Assembly (NCBI GenBank): GCA_902781895.1
Contig: CACZLA010000006.1
Coordinates: forward strand, 835-64,834
Direction of reading: 5' to 3'
DNA from: an uncultured Lachnospiraceae bacterium
Lineage (GTDB): Bacteria; Bacillota; Clostridia; Lachnospirales; Lachnospiraceae
DNA: 64,000 nucleotides
Positions 63,400 through 64,000 of the stretch are shown here, piece after piece. How positions within the stretch are numbered: the first letter of the stretch is position 1; every line of letters starts with the position of its first letter. A program made the position numbers and the translations under genes. Under the pieces are notes generated by a model that made no database searches, was not told the origin of the DNA, and saw only the letters and a program-made list of their open reading frames with translations.

Positions 63400-63576
63400 C
63401 TGCGACAGATCTAAAATAGTTTATCTACTACAGTTCTTTTATACTAATAGATTTCTTTTGTTTTATTACTATTCTTATACTCTATTAAATACGAGTGTAA
63501 CTACATTTTCACCCTTCACCCGCTCATAACGCAGTTCGGTTACTGCACTTTTAAATATGCCGATTCCCGTAAAAAT

Positions 63577-63650
63577 GTACCTGTCACCATTACGAATATG
63601 TTATATATTGTAACACATTTGTAACGGTGACAGGCACCTTTTTTCTGGCA
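63577..63650. terminator. Long hairpin terminator (bidirectional-looking) after the last minus-strand gene
   Basis: CCTGTCACCATTAC ... GTAACGGTGACAGG is a 14-bp stem with one mismatch. It is flanked by TTTTTTCTGGCACTTTTTT on the plus side and ATTTTTAC on the minus side. Confidence 0.6.
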
Positions 63651-63659
63651 CTTTTTTAA

Positions 63660-64000
63660 TTACACTCCCATATCTTCCTTGAGACCATATAGTCCCAAAT
63701 AATGATAATATAGAAGATATCTCAGTCGTCCTCTTATCTCCTCTTCTTCTGTATGATTTACGAGGATGTCTGTGAGTCCGACAATAAGGAGCTTAGATAT
63801 AAGTTCCTTTATCTCATCATCGTCTATCGGACATGCTTCGAGGAACTTACTTGTTATTGCCGATTCAACCAGCCGCCTGTCTTCCATTCCACTGGAACGG
63901 AGCATGATGAGCATTCCCGTATGATGCTCACTCATTAGTTTAGCTATGATTCCTGCGATTTCCTCGCACTTTTCCGAATCATATCTCCCGATAAAAGCAG
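63660..64000 (-). CDS. Hypothetical protein, 5' end beyond the window (helical C-terminal domain, possibly of a small-molecule-binding regulator)
   Basis: The reading frame stays open from 63935 to the window edge (...AFIGRYDSEKCEEIAGIIAKLMSEHH...). I recognise no diagnostic motif. Confidence 0.5.
   Translation of the reverse strand, partial: AFIGRYDSEKCEEIAGIIAKLMSEHHTGMLIMLRSSGMEDRRLVESAITSKFLEACPIDDDEIKELISKLLIVGLTDILVNHTEEEEIRGRLRYLLYYHYLGLYGLKEDMGV

Overview
The window looks like a chromosomal segment of a low-GC Gram-positive anaerobe. Clostridia or Lachnospiraceae-like is my inference from protein families, choline-type cell-wall-binding repeats and AT-rich codon usage; no search was run. 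Genes are densely packed and mostly on the minus strand. I saw no rRNA, tRNA, CRISPR array, transposase or integrase.

Content in order:
- 1-1650: an AT-rich islet with a DUF4143-type AAA+ ATPase (runs off the window) and a small XRE regulator.
- 1669-2163: aroK.
- 2238-19170: a long co-directional minus-strand run. It holds a VanY-type carboxypeptidase with wall-binding repeats, a DmpA-family peptidase, a membrane EAL protein, an HscC-like Hsp70 coupled to a 1286-aa J-like/TPR protein, a TagF-like glycerophosphotransferase, ridA, cvfB and a MacB-type ABC pair.
- 21763-27281: a small biosynthetic cluster (ATP-grasp ligase, single-module A-T-TE NRPS, MATE exporter).
- 28367-32795: pta, a Pct-like CoA-transferase and an amino-acid ABC importer with no binding protein.
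- 35070-40525: a thiamine operon behind a clear TPP riboswitch.
- 40604-44461: a 4xPAS-GGDEF-GGDEF*-EAL protein.
- 44648-50075: a dlt-like operon with an extra PLP decarboxylase.
- 50164-52455: an SBP-SBP-GGDEF sensor.
- 52586-58298: an ABC pair plus a two-component system with a STAS gene inserted between regulator and kinase.
- 58768-60414: a gene-poor AT-rich stretch with two perfect-register tandem arrays (17 bp x10 and 73 bp x~10) flanking an orphan FeoA-like gene.
- 60415-61860: a methyltransferase/transglutaminase-like fusion behind a strong promoter with a GAAC-N4-GTTC palindrome.
- 62103-64000: two redox enzymes, a STAS gene remnant and a partial CDS.

Best leads:
- The dlt-like operon with the embedded decarboxylase.
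- The ATP-grasp/NRPS/MATE cluster.
- A ~120-aa anti-sigma/GHKL-like domain fused to three unrelated transporters, with stand-alone STAS genes in the same window.
- The non-coding tandem arrays.
- The Hsp70/J-like-TPR pair, whose J domain has NPE where HPD is expected.

All family calls come from motif reading by eye and none was verified by a search.
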